The position numbers and the translations under genes were made by a program. From Promethearchaeati archaeon (GTDB lineage: Archaea; Asgardarchaeota; Heimdallarchaeia; Heimdallarchaeales; Heimdallarchaeaceae): 64,000 nucleotides of DNA. Below, piece after piece: positions 47,122 through 56,039 of this stretch. Under the pieces are notes generated by a model. That model had not been told where the DNA came from and searched no databases. It saw only the letters and a program-made list of their open reading frames with translations. The stretch covers positions 20,254-84,253 of the forward strand of contig JABLTJ010000014.1 in assembly GCA_013166775.1 (NCBI GenBank), written 5' to 3'. The first letter of the stretch is position 1. Each line of letters starts with the position of its first letter.

Positions 47122-48285
47122 ATGAGTCAAGTGAGAGAACAATCACTCATAGATGAAGCAATATCAGAATTTAAGAAGAAAGATTCAAACATTATTTCTA
47201 TTTTTGATAATCGCATGTGCAATTATTGTGGTGCTTGTTATCTTGTTTGTCCCGTTGAAGCAATTTCTTATGAAGATGGGAACATAGAAGTAAGTGAAGA
47301 TTGCATTTTTTGCGAGAAATGTCTAAATATTTGTTCTCAAAATCAAGAGCACCGATATTCCAAAGATTTTCAGTTGAGAGAAAGAAATGATTCCATTCTC
47401 AAGATTGAACCTAAAATGAATAAGATTCCTTTTGGGGAGATAATCAGTTTATACAATTGTAAATCGGGGAGAAGAGATAGGAAAGAATTTGCCATGGTTG
47501 GAGGTGCTGTTACATCGATTCTCGAATGCGCAATTAAAGAGGGAATAATTGACGGAGCTATTACCATAGATTTCAGTTCAGGAAGAATTTTTCCAAGTTC
47601 TGTTTTAATTACTAATCCTGATGATTTACTAAGAGTAGCTGGGAGTAGATACTTACCAACTTATTCTTTGTACATACTAAAAGAACTGCATATGATGGAT
47701 AATATATCCTCTGTTGCAATCGTTACATTACCATGCCAAGCTTATGTAATTGATAAAATAAGAAAAGACAATGATACAAAAGAATTGATTAAGAAAATAA
47801 AAGTAGTTATAACCCTCTTGTGTGGAAATGGTTTACCTTCAAGAGATGAAGTTGCAGAATTTCTATCTAAACAAGGATTGAACCTCGAAAATCATAATTT
47901 TAAAGCATATAGGGAAAAAGCAGTTTCTAAGCCTTATCTAAATCCAATGAATAAAAATAGATACGTTTATGAAGAAAACAGCGGTAAAAAGAAATCTTTT
48001 GCCTCTAAAAGGGTATTCCACACAAGAGGAGAGAAGCATTGCGGTCTAATTTGTCCAGATTATACAGGTATAGCAAGTGATATTTCAGTTGGTGGATCTG
48101 GGTTATCTAAGAATATTGTTATAACAAGATCCGATGAAGGAGAAAAATTAACAAAACTAGCAATTGATAAAGGATATTTAGTCAAACTTTCAAAATTCTC
48201 TAAATTGAACAGAATCGTTGTGAATTTTATGGGAAATCGCAAAAGAGAAAACATAAGAAAAGCATATAAGAGAACATTTACTTAA
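47122..48285 (+). CDS. FrhB/FdhB/FpoF-family flavoprotein (F420-hydrogenase beta-like) with N-terminal 2x[4Fe-4S] ferredoxin domain
   Basis: 387 aa. CNYCGACYLVCP and CIFCEKCLNICS clusters, then FrhB-type blocks GGAVTSILECAIKEG and VTLPCQAYVIDKIR. Confidence 0.7.
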   Translation: MSQVREQSLIDEAISEFKKKDSNIISIFDNRMCNYCGACYLVCPVEAISYEDGNIEVSEDCIFCEKCLNICSQNQEHRYSKDFQLRERNDSILKIEPKMNKIPFGEIISLYNCKSGRRDRKEFAMVGGAVTSILECAIKEGIIDGAITIDFSSGRIFPSSVLITNPDDLLRVAGSRYLPTYSLYILKELHMMDNISSVAIVTLPCQAYVIDKIRKDNDTKELIKKIKVVITLLCGNGLPSRDEVAEFLSKQGLNLENHNFKAYREKAVSKPYLNPMNKNRYVYEENSGKKKSFASKRVFHTRGEKHCGLICPDYTGIASDISVGGSGLSKNIVITRSDEGEKLTKLAIDKGYLVKLSKFSKLNRIVVNFMGNRKRENIRKAYKRTFT

Positions 48286-48341
48286 TTAAAGCCTTAATTA
48301 AAGAAAAGTTAAATAATATAGACAAACAGCTCCAATAACCA

Positions 48342-49793
48342 ATGATGCCACTAGATCAAATAGGCTACTTAATCATGTCTCTTGGAGCAATTCTAGTCGC
48401 GGGATTCATTGGCGCTCATTTTCTGAAAAAAATACACATTCCACAAGTTTTAGGATTTATTTTGATGGGAATAATACTTGGGTTACCAAACAGATATATT
48501 AGTGAATTTATATCTCCTACCTTAATTAATCAAATAACACCTATTTTAGTAACGGTAGCTCTTGGAATAATTGGTTTTAATATTGGAGCAGAATTATCAT
48601 GGAAGGAGCTTAAAAAAATAGATCGAAAACTGTTAGTAGTTTTAATAGCTGATAGTATAGGAACATTTCTAGTTATATCTGTTCTAGTTGGGGTCATTGC
48701 AACTCGAATTTATGGTGATCCTATATGGTGGAATTTTGCATTTATTCTCGGAGCTTTAGGTAGCGCAACTGCTCCCGCTGCAACTGCAGATGTGTTATGG
48801 GAAAACAAGTCAAAAGGGCCTCTTACACAAGCTATCCTTTTTATTTTAGCAGTTGATGATATAATTTCCATTGTACTTGTTCAAATAACATCAAATGTTA
48901 CTTATGCTAAACTACCTGGTCAAAAATTAGATGCTTTACATATTTTCACTGAATTTTCCATAGAAGTCTTTGCAGCTTTAGGAATCGGAATTCTTGCAGG
49001 AATAATAATCACGTGGGCAATAAATCGAGTCAAAGATCACGGTGAAATATTAGAGGTCATAATTGGTGCTCTTATAATTATAATTGGAACAACTTTAGCT
49101 ATACATTCCTCAGCAATTTTAGGAGCAATGGCATTTGGAATAATAATAGCAACTTTCACGAAATCCAAGAAAAAAACGGATAGTGTTTTTCATGACATTT
49201 TTAAGATTGGAAGTCCTATAGTAGCTCTATTCTTTATTATAGTTGGTTTTAATATAAATCCTGCAAATTTAAGATTAATAGGGATTTTAGGGGCTCTTTA
49301 CTTAGTTGGAAGAACAATAGGCAAAGTGGGATTCGTAACCATAACAGCAAGAGCAATGAAAACAGAAAGAGTAATAAGCAAATATCTTGGTTTTACTCTT
49401 TTTTCGCAAGCAGGTGTAGCTTTAGGACTTGCAGTGAGTATAGATTCAAGATTTCGAGGTACTCTATATGAAGAACAAGCTAACCTTATACTTACAACAA
49501 TTACCGGGACAATCATCATTGTTCAGATAATAGGACCTTTGCTAGTTAGGTGGGCGATACACAGAGCGGGAGAGGTAGGAGGAAAACTAGAAAAGGATCT
49601 GGTTGAGGAAGCTACAATGAGAAACAAAGACGAAGAAGTGGATGAAGAAAAGAATGATAAGGTATACATGAATGATGAAAAATCTGAAGATGATCCAGGT
49701 CTTGTCAGCATCAGTGATAGGTTTTCGAAACTAAGATTACCAAGAAAACTCAAAGAGAGAGATTATATTCGGAAGAAACGTAAAAAGCATTAA
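48342..49793 (+). CDS. Cation:proton antiporter (CPA2/Kef-like) with charged C-terminal tail
   Basis: 483 aa with 12-13 TM segments. GFNIGAELSWKEL-type motif. Hydrophilic tail from about res 400. Confidence 0.7.
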   Translation: MMPLDQIGYLIMSLGAILVAGFIGAHFLKKIHIPQVLGFILMGIILGLPNRYISEFISPTLINQITPILVTVALGIIGFNIGAELSWKELKKIDRKLLVVLIADSIGTFLVISVLVGVIATRIYGDPIWWNFAFILGALGSATAPAATADVLWENKSKGPLTQAILFILAVDDIISIVLVQITSNVTYAKLPGQKLDALHIFTEFSIEVFAALGIGILAGIIITWAINRVKDHGEILEVIIGALIIIIGTTLAIHSSAILGAMAFGIIIATFTKSKKKTDSVFHDIFKIGSPIVALFFIIVGFNINPANLRLIGILGALYLVGRTIGKVGFVTITARAMKTERVISKYLGFTLFSQAGVALGLAVSIDSRFRGTLYEEQANLILTTITGTIIIVQIIGPLLVRWAIHRAGEVGGKLEKDLVEEATMRNKDEEVDEEKNDKVYMNDEKSEDDPGLVSISDRFSKLRLPRKLKERDYIRKKRKKH

Positions 49794-49803
49794 TACGAAT
49801 TAT

Positions 49804-50223
49804 TCAGCTATCCTCTTTTTTCATTAAGTATCGATCAGCAAAGTGTTGAATAATCTCTTTAGCGGAATCGTAATTTAGGTTAAGTTGTTCTCCCCATATA
49901 CTTTTTGCTCTTTCAAGTTTATTCATCAATAAACCTAATTTCAATCCTGTTATTGTATTCCGAGTAAATAATTCACTTCCTTGGAAATTTAATACTCCAT
50001 ACTCCTGCATAAGTTTTCCATAATCTTGACATAACTCATTGTATTCTGCACTGATTTGATCTAGATCTGCATTCAATTTCTCTGAATCAGATAGATCTGC
50101 GTCTTCTAAATCTTGTATGTAAACATAATAATCTAATAATTGAGTTACCATATCTTCTACATCTGAAACTATGTCAATTGTTGTATCGGGGATTAGTATC
50201 CTGTATTTCTTCTTTTTGTACAT
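49804..50223 (-). CDS. Hypothetical helical/acidic protein (operon member 3)
   Basis: 139 aa. Lies 8 nt downstream of the 50232 gene. No motif recognised. Confidence 0.45.
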   Translation of the reverse strand: MYKKKKYRILIPDTTIDIVSDVEDMVTQLLDYYVYIQDLEDADLSDSEKLNADLDQISAEYNELCQDYGKLMQEYGVLNFQGSELFTRNTITGLKLGLLMNKLERAKSIWGEQLNLNYDSAKEIIQHFADRYLMKKEDS

Positions 50224-50231
50224 AATATTAC

Positions 50232-50600
50232 CTAATTTACTTTATTTAATGTTTCAAGTGATTGTCCAAGCTCTACAATTGTCAAATAATCATCTTCGTA
50301 TTCAATAAGAAGGTCTCTCTGAAGCTTTGTTTTCTTTTTTATTTCTACAATATCATCTGAGCGTTGATTTATTTTTTGTTTTAATAATCTAACATTGAAG
50401 AAAGTAAGTATTTTCTCCCAAATTCTTTTATCTTTGTAACCAATAAAATCTTCAAAAAAACTCTCAATATCAGTCAAAATTTCTTCTGGATGTTTATTAC
50501 TTCTTTCTGATAGCTTGAGTAATATCTGTTTCTGCTTATAATTGAGCTCATATTTAACGTACTTTTTTTTCTCAATATTCGTCATTGAAAATTTCACCAT
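50232..50600 (-). CDS. Hypothetical helical protein (operon member 2)
   Basis: 122 aa. Its start overlaps the upstream gene's end by 7 nt. Confidence 0.45.
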   Translation of the reverse strand: MVKFSMTNIEKKKYVKYELNYKQKQILLKLSERSNKHPEEILTDIESFFEDFIGYKDKRIWEKILTFFNVRLLKQKINQRSDDIVEIKKKTKLQRDLLIEYEDDYLTIVELGQSLETLNKVN

Positions 50601-51109
50601 ATTTTTTGCTGGATTTTTTTCTCTATAACTAATGTATCGACAGCCGTTAAAGACATAACTTCTAAGGTTTTTGCTATTGTTACACTATCATTAAAATCTG
50701 GATCAAGACCAGCAATTCCTACTGCATGAACAATCTCATAAATTGCCAGGTTTTCATCTCCATTATAATCTAGATGTTTTATTAATTTAGCCTCAAAAGA
50801 AACGACAGAGTGATTGTAAATAGGAGCGGAAATTTTATTTCCATTTTTTAATAATTTAGATCCCAGTTGATCCTTATTATATGCTGAAATTAAAATTCTA
50901 TCTTCTCCTTTTCTAAGTAAATTCAATGAGAGTTCCTTTGGTACTCCATTCTTTGTAAGAGCTATTAAAACTCTACACTCACTGAGAGGAAAGTATTTTG
51001 TAAGTACATAGAGATCTTGATTTTCTATACTTCCTCCAATACCGAGTAATGGACTAATTGAAACTAAAAAATTGCATAAATCTTGAGGTAATTTTACCAG
51101 ATCAAACAT
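50594..51109 (-). CDS. Hypothetical alpha/beta protein (operon member 1)
   Basis: 171 aa. There is a weak, unverified resemblance to split-barrel flavin-reductase-like patterns (ECRVLIALTKNGVPKELSLNLL...DRILIS...LAIYEIVHAV). Confidence 0.45.
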   Translation of the reverse strand: MFDLVKLPQDLCNFLVSISPLLGIGGSIENQDLYVLTKYFPLSECRVLIALTKNGVPKELSLNLLRKGEDRILISAYNKDQLGSKLLKNGNKISAPIYNHSVVSFEAKLIKHLDYNGDENLAIYEIVHAVGIAGLDPDFNDSVTIAKTLEVMSLTAVDTLVIEKKIQQKIW

Positions 51110-51210
51110 ACAAATATCATTTTGACTACCATTTAAGAAAGTTATCTTTATTTTTACTTTCTCACAAACTATTTCGAAGAAGTTATATTCTATAATGAAA
51201 TAGATTTATT

Positions 51211-51573
51211 ATGGAAGAGATTAATTTCAACGAATACATGGAAAAATCAAGTTTCATGCTCGAAAAATATAGAAATAATCTTGATCATCTGAGAAGAATA
51301 ATACATAATATTGAAAAAAGCTTCTTCCTGCCCATAGAAATGGTTGAGTACTTTTATAGTAATAAAAGTGAATACTATACTTGGCTTCAAACACAAGATT
51401 CGATCATATCATTAGAAGATGCATATAATGAATTAGTAGGGAGTATGTTAGACGCTATAGCTGCTCCAGATGATTTTAATTATTTCTTAAAAGATCAGAG
51501 AATACCAGTTCTGCAAGTTATTGAACCTGAAGAAGAAGAATCAACTGAGAATGATGAGGAATTAACTGTTTAG
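51211..51573 (+). CDS. Hypothetical protein with acidic C-terminus
   Basis: 120 aa. Divergent from the three-gene operon. Confidence 0.4.
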   Translation: MEEINFNEYMEKSSFMLEKYRNNLDHLRRIIHNIEKSFFLPIEMVEYFYSNKSEYYTWLQTQDSIISLEDAYNELVGSMLDAIAAPDDFNYFLKDQRIPVLQVIEPEEEESTENDEELTV

Positions 51574-51575
51574 AG

Positions 51576-52118
51576 TTAACTTCTTAGTCGTCTAAATAAA
51601 TCAGTAAGAATACCACCTGTAACTCCCCAAATCTTGTAGCTTTTATACCTATAATATGGAAGATTTAATCCTTCAAAATCTCCCATTACGTTGTTTTCAG
51701 GTTTGATTAATTCAGTTATGGGAGCGAGAAAATAGTGTTCAACCTCTAAATTGTTAATCCTTATCTTAGAGTTCTCCTCCACTAAACCAACAAAAGGCAA
51801 CACATAATAATTGCTAATTGTGATTGATGGATTCAAGCTACCAATTAGGTTAATTTTATCGCTACTTATTCCTACTTCTTCTAATGTTTCTCGAAGAGCT
51901 GTGGTTTGAAGGTTCATATCCTCTTCATCAAAACGACCTCCAGGAAATGAGATTTGACCTTGATGGTGTCTTACTATCTGAGTTCTAAGTGTGAATAAAA
52001 TCCTTTCACTTTCTGAAAAGATTGGGATTAAAACTGCAGCTAATTTTAAATTTTTAATTGGTTCAATAGGAGCATCTAGAGGATCAACAGTGTTTCTAAT
52101 TTTTTCAAGAATGTTCAT
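51576..52118 (-). CDS. Nudix hydrolase, CoA-pyrophosphatase-like
   Basis: 180 aa. Nudix box GQISFPGGRFDEEDMNLQTTALRETLEEVGI. The upstream LAAVLIPI-type block is typical of the NUDT7/PCD1 subgroup. Confidence 0.8.
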   Translation of the reverse strand: MNILEKIRNTVDPLDAPIEPIKNLKLAAVLIPIFSESERILFTLRTQIVRHHQGQISFPGGRFDEEDMNLQTTALRETLEEVGISSDKINLIGSLNPSITISNYYVLPFVGLVEENSKIRINNLEVEHYFLAPITELIKPENNVMGDFEGLNLPYYRYKSYKIWGVTGGILTDLFRRLRS

Positions 52119-52152
52119 TTTACTATCACATAAAAATAAGAAAGAAAAGAAA

Positions 52153-52794
52153 TTAGCTAAAAGTAGCTTTTACATCATCATCTAATTTTGCGACAATTTC
52201 TTCTACTTCTGTAAGTTCTTCAAGTTCTTTATACATCTTCTCAGCATAATCTGCATCTTTTTTCTTAATCCATGCAAGATTGATTTCGACGTTATGAACA
52301 GCTGATTTGAGACCAGTTAAAGCACATAATGCACCGACACCGATATCAGAAAGGGCTTGAACATTTCCTTTAGTTCCTAATTCATTCAGAATATCTATGA
52401 CTTCTCTACATGCTTTTACTGTTTCTAAAGGAATTTCAGCTGCAACTTTATATTCTGCTAGAATCTTTTCTGATCTTGCAACTACTTGTTCTTCAGAATC
52501 TTTAGGCATTCCAAAAGCAGCTATAACTCCACTGAATGCATTTGCATCCTTATCTACTAATTCAGTGAGTTCTTTGCGAAGTTCTTCTGTTCTTTTAAGT
52601 TTCTTATTGAATAAATCTTCAACATCTTCATAACCTTCCTTTCCAATGGTAAGTCGGGCAACCATAGAACCTAAAGCAGCACCCATTGCTCCTGCAATAG
52701 CAGCAGCAGCACCACCACCTGGAGCGGGTGTGGATGATGCAAGTTCATCTAGAAAATCTATTATTTTCATATCAACGAGAATTTTGTTTTCCAT
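52153..52794 (-). CDS. Formimidoyl-tetrahydrofolate cyclodeaminase (stand-alone FtcD C-domain)
   Basis: PAPGGGAAAAIAGAMGAALGSMVARLT is the hallmark N-terminal block. ATG at 52792-52794 shares its A with the upstream TGA (TGATG), so the two genes are translationally coupled. Confidence 0.85.
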   Translation of the reverse strand: MENKILVDMKIIDFLDELASSTPAPGGGAAAAIAGAMGAALGSMVARLTIGKEGYEDVEDLFNKKLKRTEELRKELTELVDKDANAFSGVIAAFGMPKDSEEQVVARSEKILAEYKVAAEIPLETVKACREVIDILNELGTKGNVQALSDIGVGALCALTGLKSAVHNVEINLAWIKKKDADYAEKMYKELEELTEVEEIVAKLDDDVKATFS

Positions 52795-53690
52795 CAATAT
52801 AGCCTCTTTTCAATTACTTGTTTTCTATCGAATTTATTTAATTGTAAATAGTATTCTGCAGCATCAAGCAGAGCATCAATTGGTAGCATACCATAGATTT
52901 CACTTTCAGTAACATTAACACCGAAACGTTGAGCTTCACGTTTAGCCATATCAAAGACTCTATGGATTGGAGTACTTTTGAAGTCAGTAATATTCATGGA
53001 AACTTGTACGCATCCTCTTTCTTCAATGTTCATTGCTCCTGCTTGAATATGTCTTAGTCCTCCACCACTGAAACGTATGTTTCTAGCGATTTCTTTTGCA
53101 ATTTCCATATCATCTGTATCTAGATAGATATTGTAAGCAATAAGGAATTGTCTTGCTCCAATATTAATTGCACCAGCTTTGGTTAATTCTTTAGGACCAT
53201 AATCAGGTTCATAAGCTGGATCCGTACCAATAGCTTCTTTCAACTGTTCATATTGGAATGATTTGGTTCTGAACTTCTGTAATACTTCTCTCTCAGGAAC
53301 CTTAGCTGCAGCTCCATAGAGATAGGTAGGTATTTTTAATTCTTTACCAATTCTTTCTGCAAGTTTATCTGCAAGTTCCACACATTCTTCCAAAGTTATA
53401 TCAGAAATAGGGATAAAGGGAACAACATCAGTTGCACCAAATCGGTTATGTTCTCCTTCATGTTCATCCATATCGATTAGCTCTGCAGCTTTTTTACATC
53501 CAGCAAATGCAGCTTTTACACATTCTTCAGGCTCTCCTATAAATGTTATAACAGCACGATTATGATCAGGATCACATCTACTATCCAAAAGAGTAATTTT
53601 TCCTCCTTTCTCAATAGCTTTAACAATTTGGTCAACTATTTTTTGTCGTCTTCCTTCACTAAAATTGGGAACGCACTCTACTAAGGGCAT
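52794..53690 (-). CDS. Glutamate formimidoyltransferase (stand-alone FtcD N-domain)
   Basis: 298 aa. Begins with the canonical MPLVECVPNFSEGR, and the rest is colinear with the family. Confidence 0.9.
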   Translation of the reverse strand: MPLVECVPNFSEGRRQKIVDQIVKAIEKGGKITLLDSRCDPDHNRAVITFIGEPEECVKAAFAGCKKAAELIDMDEHEGEHNRFGATDVVPFIPISDITLEECVELADKLAERIGKELKIPTYLYGAAAKVPEREVLQKFRTKSFQYEQLKEAIGTDPAYEPDYGPKELTKAGAINIGARQFLIAYNIYLDTDDMEIAKEIARNIRFSGGGLRHIQAGAMNIEERGCVQVSMNITDFKSTPIHRVFDMAKREAQRFGVNVTESEIYGMLPIDALLDAAEYYLQLNKFDRKQVIEKRLY

Positions 53691-53786
53691 ATTTTCACCT
53701 TGCTAACTAATCAACTTCATGTTTTAAGTTTAATCATTAGTATTATTTTTTTTATAAAAAAATAGTAAAACGGAAAAAGAGCATTA

Positions 53787-55094
53787 TTAAATCTCTCTAA
53801 TAATGTCTCGTAAGATAGCGAGTCCTTCATCAATTTCGTTCTTCTGAATATTAAGAGGAGGTCGAAAACGAATTGATTTCACACCACTTGCCAGAATGAG
53901 GAGAGATTTATCATATGCAGTTTGTTTTATTTTATCTCTAAGATCTGTTGTTTGGAGATCAAAGGCAATCATGAATCCTTTACCTCTAGCATTTGAAATC
54001 TTTTCAGGATAATCGTTTTGAATTTCGATGAGCTGGTTAAGCATATATTCACCATTCTTTGCAGTTTTATCAATGAGATTTTCCTTTTCAATTATTTCTA
54101 GATATTTTGTTGCTCGAACCATATCAACAAGATTACCTCCCCAGGTTGAGTTGATTCTAGAACTTTCTTCAAATACATTATTCTTAACTTCCTTTACTCT
54201 ATCAGAAGCTAAAATTCCACAAACTTGCATCTTCTTTCCGAAACTAATAATATCGGGTTTAGCGTTTTCAAAATGCTCAAAACACCAGAATTTTCCAGTT
54301 AAACCAACACCTGTCTGTATTTCATCATAGATTAGCATTATTTCATTCTTATCAGCTATATTACGAAGCTTTGCCATGAATTCTGTTCTGAAATGATTAT
54401 CTCCTCCCTCTCCTTGTATTGGTTCTATGAGTAGAGCAGCGATATCGTTTCCATATTTGTCAATTGCTTCATCAATTTGTGAGATACTTTGCTCTTCTGA
54501 TGAAATGACTTGTTCCAAATATTCTTCGACAGGAAATTTCATGGTTGGATTAATTACTCTCGGCCAATCTTTGAACTTGGGGAAGTATTTTGTTTTTCTT
54601 GGATCAAATGTATTAGTTAAGGATAACGTATAACCACTTCGTCCGTGGAAGCTCTGTTGAAAGTGGATAACTTTTGTTCCTAATTCACCCTCTACACCCT
54701 TAACAAAGTTCTTTCTAACCTTCCAATCAAATGAGGATTTCAAAGCATTTTCTACTGCTAAAGCTCCTCCACTGATTAGGAAAAGATTAGGAAGGAAACC
54801 AGGTATACCAATCCTATCAAAAGTATCAACAAATTCAGCCATTTCATCAGTATAAAAATCTGAACAGCTTGGTTTGTTAACAGCTACATAAGCAAGTTTA
54901 TCCAGAAATTCTTTATTTATCATTTCAGGATGATTCATACCTACGGGAGAAGAAGCAAAAAACGAGAATAAATCTAAGAAAGACTTACCAGTTTTCTTAT
55001 CAACAATTCGACAACCTTGACTCTTTTGTAAATCAAGAATCAGCGGATATCCATCAACTAACATATGACGAGAGAGAATTTCTAAAGCACCCAT
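53787..55094 (-). CDS. lat: L-lysine 6-transaminase-like class-III aminotransferase
   Basis: 435 aa. N-terminal HMLVDGYPLILDLQKSQGCRIVDKKTGKSFLDLFSFFASSPVGMNHPE is typical of the LAT subgroup. DEIQTGVGLTGKFW, and the Lys block ISFGKKMQVCG. Confidence 0.75.
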   Translation of the reverse strand: MGALEILSRHMLVDGYPLILDLQKSQGCRIVDKKTGKSFLDLFSFFASSPVGMNHPEMINKEFLDKLAYVAVNKPSCSDFYTDEMAEFVDTFDRIGIPGFLPNLFLISGGALAVENALKSSFDWKVRKNFVKGVEGELGTKVIHFQQSFHGRSGYTLSLTNTFDPRKTKYFPKFKDWPRVINPTMKFPVEEYLEQVISSEEQSISQIDEAIDKYGNDIAALLIEPIQGEGGDNHFRTEFMAKLRNIADKNEIMLIYDEIQTGVGLTGKFWCFEHFENAKPDIISFGKKMQVCGILASDRVKEVKNNVFEESSRINSTWGGNLVDMVRATKYLEIIEKENLIDKTAKNGEYMLNQLIEIQNDYPEKISNARGKGFMIAFDLQTTDLRDKIKQTAYDKSLLILASGVKSIRFRPPLNIQKNEIDEGLAILRDIIREI

Positions 55095-55187
55095 TCATAC
55101 TCACCTTACGTTTGACAGAAACTTCATACCTTTTAAATTGAACTCAACGGACACGAAAATTATTCAAAAATTAAATAATTGAAAAAA

Positions 55188-55309
55188 ATGCCCATCAAGA
55201 TAGAGGAAGAGTGTGGCGTAGCCTATATACTCAGAGCAAAGCGTAGCCACCTTAGATTCCTCAGATCAGGCAAGGGGTCTCCGTCATCTCTGACGGCGCC
55301 TATTGGCAT
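55188..55309 (-). rRNA. Probable 5S rRNA (about 122 nt; beta-domain canonical, gamma-domain atypical)
   Basis: This is the only roughly 50%-GC island in an AT-rich spacer. The termini pair (AUGCCAAUA / UGAUGGGCAU). Positions 41-59, CUGAUCUGAGGAAUCUAAG, match the eukaryote/archaeal 5S loop C-helix III consensus CUGAUCUCGGAAGCUAAG at the expected distance from the 5' end. GAGUAU sits where the loop E AGUA is expected. A TTTAAAA box lies about 20-26 nt upstream (55328-55334). The 3' end runs into U7 (55182-55188). Confidence 0.6.
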
Positions 55310-55436
55310 AAAAACATCAATTTTTTCTTTTAAATAGATTCTAATAGTTTCATCCGCAAATAATATTAAGAAATTTACAATCCTTTAAAAGTGTCCATAA
55401 CAGTTTGTTAGTATCTGTCTCTAGAAGGGGAGATTA

Positions 55437-55658
55437 ATGAGAAAGATTGTTAGGATAGGATTAGCAGTTTTAGCAGTTATTGGATTAGTTCTTTCAATTC
55501 TAGTAATTTATCAATATACCAGAGTCAGAGGAGTAGATTACCAATGGTTAGAAGGGGAACCTGAAGATTACGGATTCAAATGGAATAAAATAGCAGCTAC
55601 TTATCTCGTAGCAGAAAGAATGCCTTTTCTCCGAAGTGTGCTAATAATGCTCCTATGA
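55437..55658 (+). CDS. Small membrane protein (1 TM)
   Basis: 73 aa. A strong SD-like AAGGGGAG sits 5-12 nt upstream of the ATG. N-terminal TM helix IGLAVLAVIGLVLSILVIY. Confidence 0.45.
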   Translation: MRKIVRIGLAVLAVIGLVLSILVIYQYTRVRGVDYQWLEGEPEDYGFKWNKIAATYLVAERMPFLRSVLIMLL

Positions 55659-55830
55659 ACCCCCCAGTAACATTGAATCTCAAGATTGGTGCTACAGCAT
55701 ACCATGTTCTTATAAAGAATGTAATTGCAACAGGAATCAAAAGAATAATTGCTATTAGAATGAAATATGGTTTTATAGTTGGAAGATTATTATTCAACTT
55801 AATCTTTAATTCTTTTTTCTCTACTGTCAT
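55597..55830 (-). CDS. Small membrane protein (2 TM), convergent and overlapping by 62 nt
   Basis: 77 aa with two hydrophobic helices. It overlaps the 3' end of the 55437 ORF, so both being real is uncertain. Confidence 0.35.
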   Translation of the reverse strand: MTVEKKELKIKLNNNLPTIKPYFILIAIILLIPVAITFFIRTWYAVAPILRFNVTGGFIGALLAHFGEKAFFLLRDK

Positions 55831-56039
55831 GTTTACTCATCATCTTTGAATGAAATTTGTTCAACATATTTTATCCTTTTGCTGATTTATAAATCTGAGT
55901 TTCTGGGAAAAAATGTGCTTTAGCATTATTTTGATTTGAAACAACTACAAAGATGTCTATCTGAAAATGAAAGATTCCATTCTTCTATAGAAAGGGTTTA
56001 TTAATTGTAAAGATAAAACAGTATCGATTCACGAAAGGG

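Noticed and set aside
55188-55309. Lysine riboswitch (or other 5'-UTR element) controlling the downstream LAT-like gene, or an intron-containing tRNA
   Set aside because: The AGGCGCC...GAGAUGA stretch superficially resembles the L-box 5' end, but the element is too short (122 nt versus about 180 nt). It lacks the five-helix core, has its own TATA-like box, and ends in a U7 run. A separate TTTAAAA box sits between it and the LAT start. No T-loop (GTTCRAATC) or cloverleaf can be drawn for a tRNA.
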